A stretch of 59,216 bases of DNA, taken from Candidatus Caldarchaeum sp. GTDB lineage: Archaea; Thermoproteota; Nitrososphaeria_A; Caldarchaeales; Caldarchaeaceae. Location: the NCBI GenBank assembly GCA_038844785.1, contig JAWBRA010000010.1:1-59216 (forward strand). The letters are read 5' to 3'. The notes beneath the pieces are model-generated. The model saw only the letters and a program-made list of their open reading frames with translations, had not been told where the DNA came from and ran no database searches. Below, piece after piece: positions 59,012 to 59,216 of this stretch (within the stretch, counting starts at the first letter, position 1; each line of letters opens with the position of its first letter). A program made the translations under genes and the position numbers.

Positions 59012-59088
59012 CACCCAAAAACATTTTTCCCTCGCAGCACCGCGACGCCAAAATGGCGTAAAACGGCGAAAAACCCGGAAAAAACGCA
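58990..59088 (+). promoter_or_regulatory. CRISPR leader (overlaps the cas4 3' end)
   Basis: TATA-like CTTAAATA at ~59003 and A-tract-rich sequence immediately 5' of repeat 1. Confidence 0.65.
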
Positions 59089-59216
59089 CAGTGATCCCGC
59101 AAGAGGGAATTGAAAGTCTATAACTGGCGCCGCTCTCAGGTCTATGAATATCTTCATCAACAGTGATCCCGCAAGAGGGAATTGAAAGTCAGACACCTTG
59201 AACAGAAATCGATCTT
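59089..59216 (+). CRISPR. Start of CRISPR array: repeat CAGTGATCCCGCAAGAGGGAATTGAAAG x2, one full and one partial spacer
   Basis: Identical copies at 59089-59116 and 59161-59188, 72-bp period, ATTGAAAG 3' handle, adjacent to cas4; truncated by the window end. Confidence 0.93.

Noticed and set aside
58825-59196. Minus-strand ORF with repeated DFQFPLAGSL
   Set aside because: Translation of the CRISPR repeats, not a protein.

Overview
Archaeal chromosomal window (~50% GC). EF-1alpha, S10, the nurA-herA-mre11-rad50 operon and BRE/TATA promoters point to TACK archaea, most like Aigarchaeota/Caldarchaeales; that assignment is inference, not database-checked. Contents in order: (1) a Cys-type Mo/W formate dehydrogenase operon. 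The alpha gene is inactivated: it is cut at its 5' end by an IS6-like terminus and carries one amber stop and two frameshifts. The beta, NrfD-like and fdhE genes are intact. (2) A small variable island next to tRNA-Ser(GCT): an AAA+ ATPase pseudogene, a stand-alone HTH-LAGLIDADG gene and a Zn-ribbon ORF. (3) tyrA, a chorismate mutase-aminotransferase fusion, and convergent rpsJ/tuf. (4) A nucleoside/thiamine salvage cluster with an ECF transporter. (5) A liv-type ABC transporter, a GIY-YIG gene, a 58-aa basic protein missed by the ORF track, an ALDH and a PPOX-family gene. (6) rad50-mre11-herA-nurA, where Rad50 lacks the CXXC zinc hook. (7) A dipeptidase, a dpp/opp ABC system and upp. (8) About 6 kb of decayed genes, including two dead vapBC-type pairs. 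(9) A complete type I-A CRISPR-Cas locus with divergent csa3, a palindromic operator, a leader with helically phased A-tracts, and the first two repeats of an array. Best candidates for new biology: the hook-less Rad50, the phased-A-tract leader, the tRNA-adjacent HTH-LAGLIDADG, and the small basic protein. All calls are by eye from motifs; no searches were run.
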